NCBI GenBank assembly: GCA_043826565.1
Contig: JBDRPX010000003.1
Coordinates: forward strand, 147,293 to 206,323
DNA: 59,031 nucleotides
From: Candidatus Omnitrophota bacterium
Lineage (GTDB): Bacteria > Omnitrophota > Gorgyraeia > B26-G9
Direction: 5' to 3'
Shown: piece after piece, positions 18,067 through 28,239 of the stretch
Position numbering within the stretch: the stretch's first letter is position 1
Layout of the letters: each line of letters begins with the position of its first letter
Notes under the pieces: model-generated
Seen by the model: only the letters and a program-made list of their open reading frames with translations
Told to the model about the DNA's origin: nothing
Database searches by the model: none
Made by a program: the position numbers and the translations under genes

Positions 18067-19476
18067 ATGAAAAATATTAAAGGGAAAAAAATCTTAATTA
18101 TCGGCTTGGGAGTTTCCGGTTTTGCCGCGGCATTATTGGCAAAAAAAAAGAAAGCCCGGGTATTTGTCTCTGATGAGTCTAAAAATAAGGCGGCAAAAGA
18201 TAAAGCGGGTATTTTACGCAAGAAGGATATTTTTGTAGAACTTGGCGGTCATAGCGCTTCTTTTTTTGAAAGAGCAGATTTGGTTATTATTAGTCCGGGA
18301 GTGAAAAATAATGCGCAGCCGCTTATTTGGGCCAAAGATAATAATGTGCCAATAATCAGTGAAATAGAATTTGCCAGTTGGTTCTGCGCTGTTCCGATAG
18401 TGGCGATCACCGGGACTAATGGAAAAACCACAGTAACAACGCTTATCGGAAAAGTATTTAAAGATGCCGGTAAACGTGTTGCTGTTTGCGGAAATATCGG
18501 CAATTCGTTCAGCAAGGTCATGCTGCATCCGAAAAATGCTGATGTAGTGGTTTTGGAAGTAAGCTCTTTTCAGCTGCAATATACTCAGAATTTTCGTCCT
18601 AAAGTTAGCATTATATTAAATGTGTCCCGTAATCATCTGGATCATCATGCGACAATGGACGAATATTTTGAAGCTAAAGCTAAGATTGTGTCTAACCAAA
18701 AAGCAGACGATTTTGCAATCCTTAATTTTGATGACCCGAAAGTTCGCCGATTAAGCAAAAAAACACAGGCCAAAATATTTTTCTTTGGTAAAAATAAAAA
18801 GGATTATGCAGTATATCGTAATGTTTATGGGGCTTGCTGGTTAGAGGATCGGACCATAACCGGAGAGTGGAAGAATAAGACAATTAAATTCTTATCCCAG
18901 GAACAACTGAAATTAAAAGGTATGCATAATCTGGAAAATGTAATGGCGGTAATTCTGGCGGCAAAAGCTCAGAGTATAAGTAACGATAATCTTATTAAAA
19001 CGCTGAAAGGTTTTAAGGGGTTACATCATCGATGTCAAAGAATAACTTCAATTAAAAGTATAGATTTTTTTAATGACTCCAAATCAACGACAGTAGATGC
19101 TACCAGCAAGGCTCTGGCTATGTTTTCAAAAAAATCGGTATTACTTATTTGTGGGGGGCGTGATAAAGGCAGCGATTTTAGGCCGCTTGGTAAGTTGGTT
19201 AGAGATAAGGTATTATTGGTTATTCTGATCGGTGAGGCAGCAAAAAAGATAAATCAGGCTTGGATCGGTCATGTATTAATTAAAGTTGTCCCGACACTTA
19301 AAGCCGCAGTGCGACTTGCGTATTCACGGGCAAAAAAAGGAAACAGTGTACTGCTTTCACCTATGTGCGCGAGTTTTGATATGTTTAAGAGTTATAAGCA
19401 TAGAGGGGAAGTGTTTGTAAAAGAAGTTAAAAGTCTCAAGTTACAAGTCTCAAGTCACAAGCAAAAACAGAAGTAA
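18067..19476 (+). CDS. murD: UDP-MurNAc-L-Ala--D-Glu ligase
   Basis: GLGVSG, GTNGKTT, EVSSFQL, NDSKST, SPMCASFD; start moved to ATG 18067. Confidence 0.97.
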   Translation: MKNIKGKKILIIGLGVSGFAAALLAKKKKARVFVSDESKNKAAKDKAGILRKKDIFVELGGHSASFFERADLVIISPGVKNNAQPLIWAKDNNVPIISEIEFASWFCAVPIVAITGTNGKTTVTTLIGKVFKDAGKRVAVCGNIGNSFSKVMLHPKNADVVVLEVSSFQLQYTQNFRPKVSIILNVSRNHLDHHATMDEYFEAKAKIVSNQKADDFAILNFDDPKVRRLSKKTQAKIFFFGKNKKDYAVYRNVYGACWLEDRTITGEWKNKTIKFLSQEQLKLKGMHNLENVMAVILAAKAQSISNDNLIKTLKGFKGLHHRCQRITSIKSIDFFNDSKSTTVDATSKALAMFSKKSVLLICGGRDKGSDFRPLGKLVRDKVLLVILIGEAAKKINQAWIGHVLIKVVPTLKAAVRLAYSRAKKGNSVLLSPMCASFDMFKSYKHRGEVFVKEVKSLKLQVSSHKQKQK

Positions 19477-19535
19477 AAATAATATATCACAAATTTTTTC
19501 TAAACGCTATGCGCTTAACGCTAAACGCTGAACAT
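19424..19535. repeat. Two 7-nt-periodic arrays of different unit sequence
   Basis: (aagttaa)(aagtctc)(aagttac)(aagtctc)(aagtcac) inside the murD 3' end; (taaacgc)(tatgcgc)(ttaacgc)(taaacgc) at 19501-19528. Confidence 0.75.
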
Positions 19536-19546
19536 AGGAATATGTT

Positions 19547-20635
19547 ATGTCTTTAAAACAATCCAGAATAAACGTTGCCGGGATTACTATTGTTTTGCTG
19601 TGTGTCGGGATTGTTATGATATACAGTGCCAGCGCAATTTATGCATATGAAGTTCTCGGAGACAGTGCTTATTATATCAAGCGGCATCTGATATATGTTT
19701 TAATCGGAATTGTCTGTGCTTTAGGCGCCATGTGGATGGACTATGAATATTTGAGAAAGATAGCTAAGCCTCTTTTATTATTTTCACTGTTTTTACTGAT
19801 TTTGCTTCTTGTCCCGGGGGTGGGCCGGCAGGTAGGAGGCGCAAAACGCTGGTTCCGGTTAGGGATTATTAGTTTTCAGCCTTCGGAGCTGGTAAAATTT
19901 GCGATGATTGTTTATACTGCTGATTTTCTTTCCCGCAAAAAATCATATATTCATTCCTTTTTGTACGGATTTCTCCCGGTCTTATTAATTATGTTTGTTG
20001 TCGGAGGAATGATTTTAATTCAGCCTGACCTGGGTACGGTAATGGCCATATTTAGTATTTGTTTTATAATGTCTTTTATCGGAGGAGTTAAACTGACACA
20101 TATGGCCGCAGTAGTATTGAGTTCTTTGCCGGCAATATATATATTAATTTTTAGTGTTCCATATCGGCGTAATCGAATTTTGGCTTTTTTGGATCCGTGG
20201 AAAGATCCCAAAGGTACCGGGTTTCAAATTATTCAGTCTTTAGTGGCTTTGGGCTCGGGAGGAATTTGCGGAGTCGGGCTGGGACATGGTAAACAGAAAT
20301 TATTGTACTTGCCCGCGTCATATACGGATTTTATTTTTTCTATTCTGGGGGAAGAAATGGGGTTTTTAGGAACCTCAGCAGTTATTGTTTTGTTTGCTTT
20401 ATTTCTTTTGGAAGCGACAAAAATCAGTCTCAAAGCGAAAAACTCTTTTGGGCAAATTCTTTCATTTGGGCTTATTTCATGTTTGGTTATTGAAGCAATT
20501 ATTAATATGTGTGTAGTGACAAGTATCTTCCCGACAAAAGGCTTGCCGATTCCTTTTATCAGTTATGGCGGGACGTCATTAATATTTAATATGATTTATG
20601 TTGGGTTGATCCTGAACATAGGAAGAAATAAATAA
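19547..20635 (+). CDS. ftsW: SEDS peptidoglycan polymerase FtsW
   Basis: MIYSAS, GAKRW, QPSE, QPDLGT, TDFIF, PFISYGG. Confidence 0.96.
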   Translation: MSLKQSRINVAGITIVLLCVGIVMIYSASAIYAYEVLGDSAYYIKRHLIYVLIGIVCALGAMWMDYEYLRKIAKPLLLFSLFLLILLLVPGVGRQVGGAKRWFRLGIISFQPSELVKFAMIVYTADFLSRKKSYIHSFLYGFLPVLLIMFVVGGMILIQPDLGTVMAIFSICFIMSFIGGVKLTHMAAVVLSSLPAIYILIFSVPYRRNRILAFLDPWKDPKGTGFQIIQSLVALGSGGICGVGLGHGKQKLLYLPASYTDFIFSILGEEMGFLGTSAVIVLFALFLLEATKISLKAKNSFGQILSFGLISCLVIEAIINMCVVTSIFPTKGLPIPFISYGGTSLIFNMIYVGLILNIGRNK

Positions 20636-20636
20636 A

Positions 20637-21758
20637 ATGAAAATAGTGATTTCCGCGGCAGGGTCCGGGGGGCATATATATCCGGCATTGAGCTTGGCAA
20701 AACATCTTAAAGAGAGATATTCTGCGGAGGTAGTTTTTTTTAGTACGAAGAAGGCTTTGGGGAGGAAAATTTTTAATTCCAGCGGCTATTCGGTTATTAC
20801 TACCGGGCTAAGGTCTTTTTCCTCGAGGGAAAGGCAGAATCTTCTCATTTTCCTCTTGAAGAATTTCTATTTTTTGATACAATTTATAAGTGAGGGAGTG
20901 AGGACAGTCTTTCTTCTGTGGAAGATTAAACCGGAAGTTGTTGTTGGGTTTGGTGGAATAAGTTCAATTCCGGCAGTTCTGGGAGCAAGATTGTTAAATA
21001 TCCCGACATTGATTCATGAGCAAAATGTGGTTCCAGGTTTAGCTAATCAATGTCTTTCCTGTTTTTCGACAAAGATTGCGGTTAGTTTTAGAAAAAGCAG
21101 CAAATATTTTAAACACAGAGAAGTATTATTTACCGGCAATCCTGTCCGTTATGATTTAAAAAGGATTGAAAAAGATAAAGCCAGAAGTTTGCTCGGGGTT
21201 CATGGATCAAAATTCACCCTGCTGATCTTTGGCGGTAGTCAGGGCTCAGAATATATTAATAAGGTATGCGTTGCGCTTGTTGCCCAGTTGAGTGATGTTC
21301 AAAAAAATCAATTGCAGGTTATCCACATAAGCGGAGATAAAGATACTGAATCGATAAAGCAGGGATATACAGCAGCCAAGGTAACCGCGAAGGTCTTTTC
21401 TTACATCGAAGATATGAGTCCGTTATATTGTGCTGCGGATTTGATAATTTGCCGTGCCGGAGCCGGCACATTAAATGAAATAAAATTTTTTGCGAAAGCG
21501 TCAATACTAATTCCGTATCCATATGCGCATGCGCATCAAATAGCGAACGCAGAAATAATGCTAGAGGAAAAGGCGGCTTTTGTGGCAATTCAGGACGAGT
21601 CTTTGCCGGATGTGCTTAAGGATTTTATCGGCGCGGGAATGAAAGATCCCATGTTGTTGGAAAAATTAGCCGGTCAAGCTTATCGGTTAAGCAGCGATTC
21701 TGCCGTAGATTTATTGGCAGGTTTAGTTAAAGAATTAGCGGATAGAAAAAAATATTAA
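20637..21758 (+). CDS. murG: Lipid II GlcNAc transferase
   Basis: GSGGHIYP, HEQN, GNPVR, GGSQG, RAGA, HQIANA. Confidence 0.96.
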   Translation: MKIVISAAGSGGHIYPALSLAKHLKERYSAEVVFFSTKKALGRKIFNSSGYSVITTGLRSFSSRERQNLLIFLLKNFYFLIQFISEGVRTVFLLWKIKPEVVVGFGGISSIPAVLGARLLNIPTLIHEQNVVPGLANQCLSCFSTKIAVSFRKSSKYFKHREVLFTGNPVRYDLKRIEKDKARSLLGVHGSKFTLLIFGGSQGSEYINKVCVALVAQLSDVQKNQLQVIHISGDKDTESIKQGYTAAKVTAKVFSYIEDMSPLYCAADLIICRAGAGTLNEIKFFAKASILIPYPYAHAHQIANAEIMLEEKAAFVAIQDESLPDVLKDFIGAGMKDPMLLEKLAGQAYRLSSDSAVDLLAGLVKELADRKKY

Positions 21759-21767
21759 AGGACTAAT

Positions 21768-23171
21768 ATGCAATCAATTACTCAAATAATGCCGCACAAA
21801 AAAATACATTTTATCGGTATTGGAGGTGTGGGAATGAGTGCTCTTGCCCAGATTTTGCTTGCTAAAGGGTATCAGGTAAGCGGATCTGATCTGAAAGAAA
21901 CCCCCATAACCAGCCGGCTGGTAAACCTTGGAGCAAAAATATTTTTTGGACATAAAGCAGAAAACATTTCTGAGGTTGATATTGTTGTCTATTCCTCGGC
22001 TATCCCGGAAAATAATCCGGAAGTTTTGAGGGCTAAAGAAAAAAATATAAACTTGATGCGGCGGGCAGAGTTGTTAGCCAGTTTAATGAAAGGCAAAACA
22101 GGAATAGCTATTGCCGGAGCCCATGGGAAGACAACGACCACTGCTCTTATTGCGTATTTATTAAAAAGTAGCGGATCAGATCCCAGTTTTGCCGTGGGAG
22201 CTGATGTCAGTGTCTTAGGGGGGAATGCTCAGGATGGAGGAGGGGATTATTTTGTCGCGGAAGCCGATGAAAGTGATGGATCTTTTTTATATCTTAATCC
22301 TGAACACGCTGTCTTAACTAATATTGATAAGGAACATCTTGATTATTATGAGAATATGCAGCATATAATCGATACTTATGCGCAATTTGTGAAAAACCTA
22401 AGTCCGCGGGGTATGCTTTGTTGTTATGGAGAAGATGTTAATATTATTCGTGCGTTAGAGCAATATGAAGGTAAAATTATTAGATATGGATTTAATGCCC
22501 AGTGTGATTTATCAGCCTTTGATATCCATTGTACAGGAATGAGTTCTACTTTTAATTGCCGCTATAAGGGGAATGATTTGGGTGCGTTCAATTTGCAGAT
22601 TCCCGGAGAACACAATGTTTTAAACGCATTAGCCTGTATTGGTATTGGTATAACACTAGGGATAGATATCAGTATTATTAAGCAGGCATTAGCTGATTTT
22701 CACGGTGTGTATCGCAGATTTCAAATAAGACACAGCAGCGGGCAAATAACCATAATTGATGATTATGCCCATCATCCTACAGAGATTGAAGCTACTTTAA
22801 AAGCGGCAAAGGCTTATACTGACCGGAGAATAGTCGGAGTATTTCAGCCTCATCGCTACAGTCGCACTAAATTTCTTAAAGAAGAATTCGGGCGCTGTTT
22901 TGCTCTGGCTGATTATGTGGTGGTTACAGATATTTATGCCGCAAGCGAGGATCCCATAGAAGGTGTTGCGGCAAAAGTAATTTATGAGCAGATCAAAAAA
23001 AATGGGCATAGAGATGTACATTTATTGCCTAAAGAAAAGGTTAATGAACATTTAGCCGAAATTGCTCAAGAAGGTGATGTTCTAATGATGTTAGGCGCAG
23101 GCGATATTAATACCTTAGCTGATGATTTGATCAAAAAACTCTCGGCAAAACACATGTGTTGTTTAAAATGA
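21768..23171 (+). CDS. murC: UDP-MurNAc--L-Ala ligase
   Basis: GIGGVGMS, GAHGKTTTT, EADESD, DDYAHHPTE, FQPHRYSR. Confidence 0.98.
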   Translation: MQSITQIMPHKKIHFIGIGGVGMSALAQILLAKGYQVSGSDLKETPITSRLVNLGAKIFFGHKAENISEVDIVVYSSAIPENNPEVLRAKEKNINLMRRAELLASLMKGKTGIAIAGAHGKTTTTALIAYLLKSSGSDPSFAVGADVSVLGGNAQDGGGDYFVAEADESDGSFLYLNPEHAVLTNIDKEHLDYYENMQHIIDTYAQFVKNLSPRGMLCCYGEDVNIIRALEQYEGKIIRYGFNAQCDLSAFDIHCTGMSSTFNCRYKGNDLGAFNLQIPGEHNVLNALACIGIGITLGIDISIIKQALADFHGVYRRFQIRHSSGQITIIDDYAHHPTEIEATLKAAKAYTDRRIVGVFQPHRYSRTKFLKEEFGRCFALADYVVVTDIYAASEDPIEGVAAKVIYEQIKKNGHRDVHLLPKEKVNEHLAEIAQEGDVLMMLGAGDINTLADDLIKKLSAKHMCCLK

Positions 23172-24112
23172 TATTCAGCGGACTAGATAAAAAAATTAAA
23201 AAGTTTTTTAAAGGCGAAGTAAGGGGTAATGAATTCCTCGCCGGTCACACTTCTATGAGAATAGGCGGGCCGGCAAAGTTGTTTCTCATTCCTGAAGATA
23301 TTGATGATTTGTCGGCAGTATTAAAATTTTTAAATGCGAAGAAGATGAAAACAATGGTTATCGGAGCAGGGACTAATCTTTTAATAGATGATCAGGCTCT
23401 GGCGGCGGCGGTTTTAAAATTAGAAGCACCTTTTTTTAAGCAAATAACGCAGAAGGATAATATTCTTTTTGCTTACGCGGGTGTCAATTTGTTATCGTTA
23501 ATAAATTTTGCTAAAATGTGCCGTCTCTCCGGGTGTGAATTTTTATGCGGAATTCCCGGAACTGTAGGCGGGGCATTGTTTATGAATGCCGGTACCCGGG
23601 ATGTTAATGATCCGCAAGGGGTACAGTATAAATGTATTGCCGATATTGTCAAAAATGTTCAGGTTACAGATAGAGCGGGAAATGTATCGATATTGACAAA
23701 AGAGGAATTGAGTTTTGGTTATCGCTGCTCGAATTTAAGGGATTATATTATTTTAGGGGCCTGGTTTGAATTATCTCCGGAAACAACTGATAATATTCAA
23801 AAGTTGATTAATAGATTTTCTTTACACAGGAAAAATACACAGTTTATAAATTTACCTAATGCCGGATGTGTTTTTAAAAATCCGGATAAGGCTCAAATTA
23901 GTGCGGGCAAGCTTATTGAGGATTGTAATTTAAAAGGGCAATCAGTTGGAGATGCGCAAATTTCTGATGTTCATGCTAATTATATTGTAAATAAAGGTAA
24001 TGCCCGGTTTTCTCAGGTTAAAGAGTTGATCGGTAAGGTTCAGAAGGAAGTATACCAGCAGTTTTCTGTCTCTCTTGAGCCGGAAATAGAAATATGGGAA
24101 AACAAAACGTAG
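23168..24112 (+). CDS. murB: UDP-N-acetylmuramate dehydrogenase
   Basis: IGGPA, GAGTN, GIPGTVGG, MNAG, AGCVFKNP, HANYIVN; ATGA overlap with murC. Confidence 0.96.
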   Translation: MIFSGLDKKIKKFFKGEVRGNEFLAGHTSMRIGGPAKLFLIPEDIDDLSAVLKFLNAKKMKTMVIGAGTNLLIDDQALAAAVLKLEAPFFKQITQKDNILFAYAGVNLLSLINFAKMCRLSGCEFLCGIPGTVGGALFMNAGTRDVNDPQGVQYKCIADIVKNVQVTDRAGNVSILTKEELSFGYRCSNLRDYIILGAWFELSPETTDNIQKLINRFSLHRKNTQFINLPNAGCVFKNPDKAQISAGKLIEDCNLKGQSVGDAQISDVHANYIVNKGNARFSQVKELIGKVQKEVYQQFSVSLEPEIEIWENKT

Positions 24113-24133
24113 GGGCGGGGCTTGCCTCCGCCC
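24109..24133 (+). repeat. GTAG-type REP-like hairpin supplying the murB stop codon
   Basis: GTAGGGGCGGGGCTTGCCTCCGCCC; TAG 24110-24112 is the murB stop. Confidence 0.7.
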
Positions 24134-24154
24134 GAACCAAAGAAAATTAAATAT

Positions 24155-25096
24155 ATGCAAGTAAAGAAAATTGGCGTACTCATGGGTGGTTTCTCCAGTG
24201 AACGGGAAATTTCATTAAAATCAGGGAATGCGGTTGTGCAGGCACTCCAATCTTGTGATTTTGATACAGTAATTTTTGATTTTCAGTCTCCTGGGGAACT
24301 TATTGATAAAATAAAGAAAAGTAATGTGGATTGTGTTTTTAATGCATTGCACGGAACTTTTGGAGAAGACGGGCAGGTGCAGCAAATTCTGGACGATTTG
24401 GAGATCCCTTACACCGGTTCCGGAGTTCAGGCTAGTCAGTTAGCTATGGATAAAACAGAGTCACATAATATTTTTAAGGCTAATGGCATTTCTGTCCCGG
24501 AATATGTAGTATTTCGTCCGGGAGACCATTTATCAGAAGAGTGGTTATCATATTTTCCGCTGGTTGTTAAGCCGGCGCATGAAGGCTCAAGTATAGGATT
24601 ATCAATTATCGAAGATGCGGATGATTTGCCGTTGGCCTTAGAAGAAGCTTTTAAATTTGATAAAAAAGTGCTTATTGAACGTTATATAAAGGGAAGAGAA
24701 ATAACTGTCGGCATATTGGAGGATGAGCCTTTACCGGTTATTGAAGTAATTCCTAAGAATAAATTTTATGATTTTCAAGCTAAATATACATTGGGTATGA
24801 CTGAATATAAGGTTCCCGCGTTTTTGCCGGAAACAACTTATTTGCAGGCGCAGTCCTTAGCTCTGAAAGCACACCGGATTTTGGGATGCCGTTGTTTTTC
24901 ACGGGTAGATATGCTTATCGGTCAGGGGGATAAGTTGTTTGTTTTAGAAGTCAATACTATTCCCGGATTTACTTCGACGAGTTTATTGCCTAAAGCTGCC
25001 GCGGCCAGGGGGATTAGTTTTCCGGAGTTATGCCGAAAGATGGTTTTATCTTCAGTCGAAATATTCTCTGAAAAATCTGTTAAATATTCAGAATAA
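24155..25096 (+). CDS. ddl: D-alanine--D-alanine ligase
   Basis: GGFSSEREIS, LHGTFGEDG, GSSIG, YDFQAKY, EVNTIPG; start moved to ATG 24155. Confidence 0.97.
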   Translation: MQVKKIGVLMGGFSSEREISLKSGNAVVQALQSCDFDTVIFDFQSPGELIDKIKKSNVDCVFNALHGTFGEDGQVQQILDDLEIPYTGSGVQASQLAMDKTESHNIFKANGISVPEYVVFRPGDHLSEEWLSYFPLVVKPAHEGSSIGLSIIEDADDLPLALEEAFKFDKKVLIERYIKGREITVGILEDEPLPVIEVIPKNKFYDFQAKYTLGMTEYKVPAFLPETTYLQAQSLALKAHRILGCRCFSRVDMLIGQGDKLFVLEVNTIPGFTSTSLLPKAAAARGISFPELCRKMVLSSVEIFSEKSVKYSE

Positions 25097-25117
25097 TTAA
25101 TAGGAAGGAATTGTGAT

Positions 25118-25954
25118 ATGGCAAGAAGCAGAGGTAAAAGAGGCCGGAATAAGAAGAACATACATCTATTCAATGTTAAAAAAATTAAAATGGCTATACA
25201 GAAAAATGGGTTCCATCTTTTATTTGGTGTTTTGGGAGTTGCTTTTGCTGTGTTTATTATCATAAATATGAGGTCTTTTATTTTTGCTTCCGAACACTTC
25301 AAGGTATATGAAATTGAAATTATTGATAAATATCCGGAAAAGGTAAGTTATCCGTTATCAAAGGTAAACGGCCAAAACATATTTGAAGTAGATTTGAATA
25401 AGGTTGCCCAGGACATTGAAAGACGGTATCCGTATATCCAGAAGGTTATCGTTCAACGGATTCTTCCTAATAAACTATTGATTGAGGTATTGCGCCGCAG
25501 TCCGATAGCTCAAATAGCGATAAATCAAGGACAGAATAAAAATGGGGGGTATTGTTTTTTTAGTGTTAACGATGATGCTTATATCTTAGCTGATCTGGGC
25601 GCACAGCCTAAACAAAGGTTGCCGATTATTTACGGAACAGGATTAAATTTAAATGATGTAGAAATTGGGAAAAGTTACAAAAAATCAAACTTAGAATGTG
25701 CGGTATCTTTTCTTGACGCACTTGGGGAAAATGGTTTTTTAAAACGATATTTAGTTACAAAAATTGATGTCACGGAAATGCCTAATCTTTCTTTCTATAT
25801 TGATAATCGATTGGAAGTGAGAATCGGTAATAGAAATTGGAAAAGAAGAATAGAAACTCTTTGTGGTGTTTTGGAAGATGAAGAGATAGATTCTTCGCAA
25901 GATTATTATATTGATGTACGTTTTAAAGATATCGTGTTTGGAAAGAAATCATAA
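25118..25954 (+). CDS. ftsQ: Cell division protein FtsQ/DivIB
   Basis: Basic N-terminus, one TM, POTRA-like region, C-terminal YIDVRF; position in dcw. Confidence 0.85.
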   Translation: MARSRGKRGRNKKNIHLFNVKKIKMAIQKNGFHLLFGVLGVAFAVFIIINMRSFIFASEHFKVYEIEIIDKYPEKVSYPLSKVNGQNIFEVDLNKVAQDIERRYPYIQKVIVQRILPNKLLIEVLRRSPIAQIAINQGQNKNGGYCFFSVNDDAYILADLGAQPKQRLPIIYGTGLNLNDVEIGKSYKKSNLECAVSFLDALGENGFLKRYLVTKIDVTEMPNLSFYIDNRLEVRIGNRNWKRRIETLCGVLEDEEIDSSQDYYIDVRFKDIVFGKKS

Positions 25955-27237
25955 TGAGAGATCAAATTCCGGTGGTCAGTTTAGATATTGGCAGTGCTAA
26001 GACAACTGTATGTATCGGCAATTTGGATAATGCCGGGCGTGTAGAAATATACACTGCGGTTATGGTCAAGACCAGAGGTCTTGAAAGAGGAATTATTACT
26101 AATCTGGGGGAAGTAGCTTCCGGAATAGAAGAAGCTCTGAGAAAAGCCGAGGCAAAATTTTATACTAGTGAGCATAATAATTTACCGGCGATTAAAAAGA
26201 ATTTCCGGATCGGTTCAGTTTATGTAACGATTAGCGGAGAGCATGTCCTGGGTAACAATACTAAGGCGATGCTAAGTTTGTCCAACCGTTCGGTTGAAAT
26301 AACGCATAATGATTCACAACGGGCAATTGATTCGGCAAAATCTTTGACAACTTCTATTGACCGGGAAATTTTACACGCACTAGCTCAGGAGTTTGTTGTT
26401 GATGGCTATAAAAGGACAAAAGAACCTTTAGGTATTTTCGGAACAAGACTGGGGGTTAATCTGCATATTATCAGCTGTGGAGTGTCTTTTGCCAATAGCT
26501 TGGTAAAAGCAGTTAATCGGGCTGGATTTGATGTTGACGGTATCGTATATTCCGGACTGGCGACAAGTATGGCCATACTTACTGAAGAGGAAAAACAAAC
26601 CGGAGTTATCTTGCTGGAATTGGGCGCCGGGACTACGAATATTCTTTTTTTCATAGAGGGTAGTTTGCAGTATACCAGCGTGATACCCTTAGGCGGCAAT
26701 GATATAACTAAAGAGATTTCGCAGCGATTAGGTATTGATGAGGCCCAGGCGGAGCAGTTAAAAATGCAGTATAAAAATGTCTGTGTCTATTCCGGTAGTA
26801 ATCACCAAGAATGTGATGATAAACTGATCCTGAAAAAGAATTCTTCGAGTTATGAAAGTATTAGTCGCCAGGAGCTGGCATTAATTGTTGATGCAAAGCT
26901 TGGTGATTTGTTTACTCTGGTTAAGAAGGAATTAGATCTTGTGGGAATTACGCAAAGAGCAAAAGGAGGGATTATTATCTCTGGTGGAATGTCCTTTATG
27001 GATGGTATTATAGAGAAGTTGGAAGAATATATTAAACTTCCCGTACATTTAGGCATAATGCGCGGTTTTGTTAGTGGATTTTCCGGATTAAGTAACAGTT
27101 TTTATGCGACGGGTATCGGATTAATAATGCATGCATTAAATGAAAGAACTACGAATGTTCGAACCCGATGTTCAAATAAGGGTATATTAGGCCAGTTATT
27201 ATCTAAGCTTAGGGGTGTTTACGAAGAATACTTCTAA
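25954..27237 (+). CDS. ftsA: Cell division protein FtsA
   Basis: LDIGSAK, ELGAGTT, GGNDIT, SGG, YATGIGL, C-terminal amphipathic helix. Confidence 0.93.
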   Translation: MRDQIPVVSLDIGSAKTTVCIGNLDNAGRVEIYTAVMVKTRGLERGIITNLGEVASGIEEALRKAEAKFYTSEHNNLPAIKKNFRIGSVYVTISGEHVLGNNTKAMLSLSNRSVEITHNDSQRAIDSAKSLTTSIDREILHALAQEFVVDGYKRTKEPLGIFGTRLGVNLHIISCGVSFANSLVKAVNRAGFDVDGIVYSGLATSMAILTEEEKQTGVILLELGAGTTNILFFIEGSLQYTSVIPLGGNDITKEISQRLGIDEAQAEQLKMQYKNVCVYSGSNHQECDDKLILKKNSSSYESISRQELALIVDAKLGDLFTLVKKELDLVGITQRAKGGIIISGGMSFMDGIIEKLEEYIKLPVHLGIMRGFVSGFSGLSNSFYATGIGLIMHALNERTTNVRTRCSNKGILGQLLSKLRGVYEEYF

Positions 27238-27252
27238 TAAAGGAAAGAAAAG

Positions 27253-28203
27253 ATGAAAGAGGATACTTTTATTCTAGTTATTGATGATGAGCAGAGTGTT
27301 CTGGAGAGTTTTGCCGAAGTTTTTGAAAAAGAGGGGTATCAGGTTACTCTATCTGAGACTTGGGCCCAAGCATATGAAGAATTAAAAAGACGAAAATTTA
27401 ATCTTGTAATAACGGATGTAAATATGCCGGATGTAGGGTATGAGCAAGTTATCAAAGATGTTAAGCATTCGAATAAGTCGACATATGTTCTGACAACAGC
27501 CGGGTATTCGGATATTGATAAAGCGATGGATTCCCTGCATCATGGAGCACAGGATTATATTAGTAAGCCTTTTGATCCGATTGATATTATTAACTCAATG
27601 CGTAGAATTGTGGAAAAGCAGAAATTGCAGAGTGATAATATCCAACTTTTTGAAACGATTAAGGCTCTGGCGATGGCATTGGATGCTCGTGATCATTATA
27701 CTCATGGGCATTCGCAACAGGTGACTGATTATTCCGTGGCAATTGCCACGGAAATGGACTTGAGTCTAGAGGATATCGAACGAATACGTGACGCGGGATT
27801 ACTGCATGATATCGGAAAAATTGGGATCGCCGATGCGGTTTTACTTAAACCGGGCCGGCTTACCGATGAGGAATATGCCCAAATTAGAAAACATCCGGAA
27901 ATCGGCAAGAAAATTCTTTCTCCGGTACGTTCTTTAACTGATAAAATTCCTTTGATTTATCACCATCATGAACGTTATGATGGTGGAGGCTATCCGGATG
28001 GGTTAAAAGGGGAGAATATCCCCTTGGGGGCAAGAATTTTAGCAGTTGCCGATTCCTATCAGGCCATGACATCAGATCGTCCGTATAGAAAAGCGTTACC
28101 AATGGAAGTGGCCATAAGTGAATTGAATAAGGGCAGAGACAAGCAATTTGATACAAAAATTGTTGATATATTCATAGAAGTATTAAAGAAAAATGTGTTT
28201 TAA
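27253..28203 (+). CDS. Response regulator with HD-GYP phosphodiesterase domain
   Basis: REC (IDDE, TDVNMP, KPF) plus HS..V, HDIGK, HHERYDGGGYP, DRPYR. Confidence 0.93.
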   Translation: MKEDTFILVIDDEQSVLESFAEVFEKEGYQVTLSETWAQAYEELKRRKFNLVITDVNMPDVGYEQVIKDVKHSNKSTYVLTTAGYSDIDKAMDSLHHGAQDYISKPFDPIDIINSMRRIVEKQKLQSDNIQLFETIKALAMALDARDHYTHGHSQQVTDYSVAIATEMDLSLEDIERIRDAGLLHDIGKIGIADAVLLKPGRLTDEEYAQIRKHPEIGKKILSPVRSLTDKIPLIYHHHERYDGGGYPDGLKGENIPLGARILAVADSYQAMTSDRPYRKALPMEVAISELNKGRDKQFDTKIVDIFIEVLKKNVF

Positions 28204-28239
28204 CCGCGTAAGAAAGAAACCGGACTAGGGGGGAATGCA

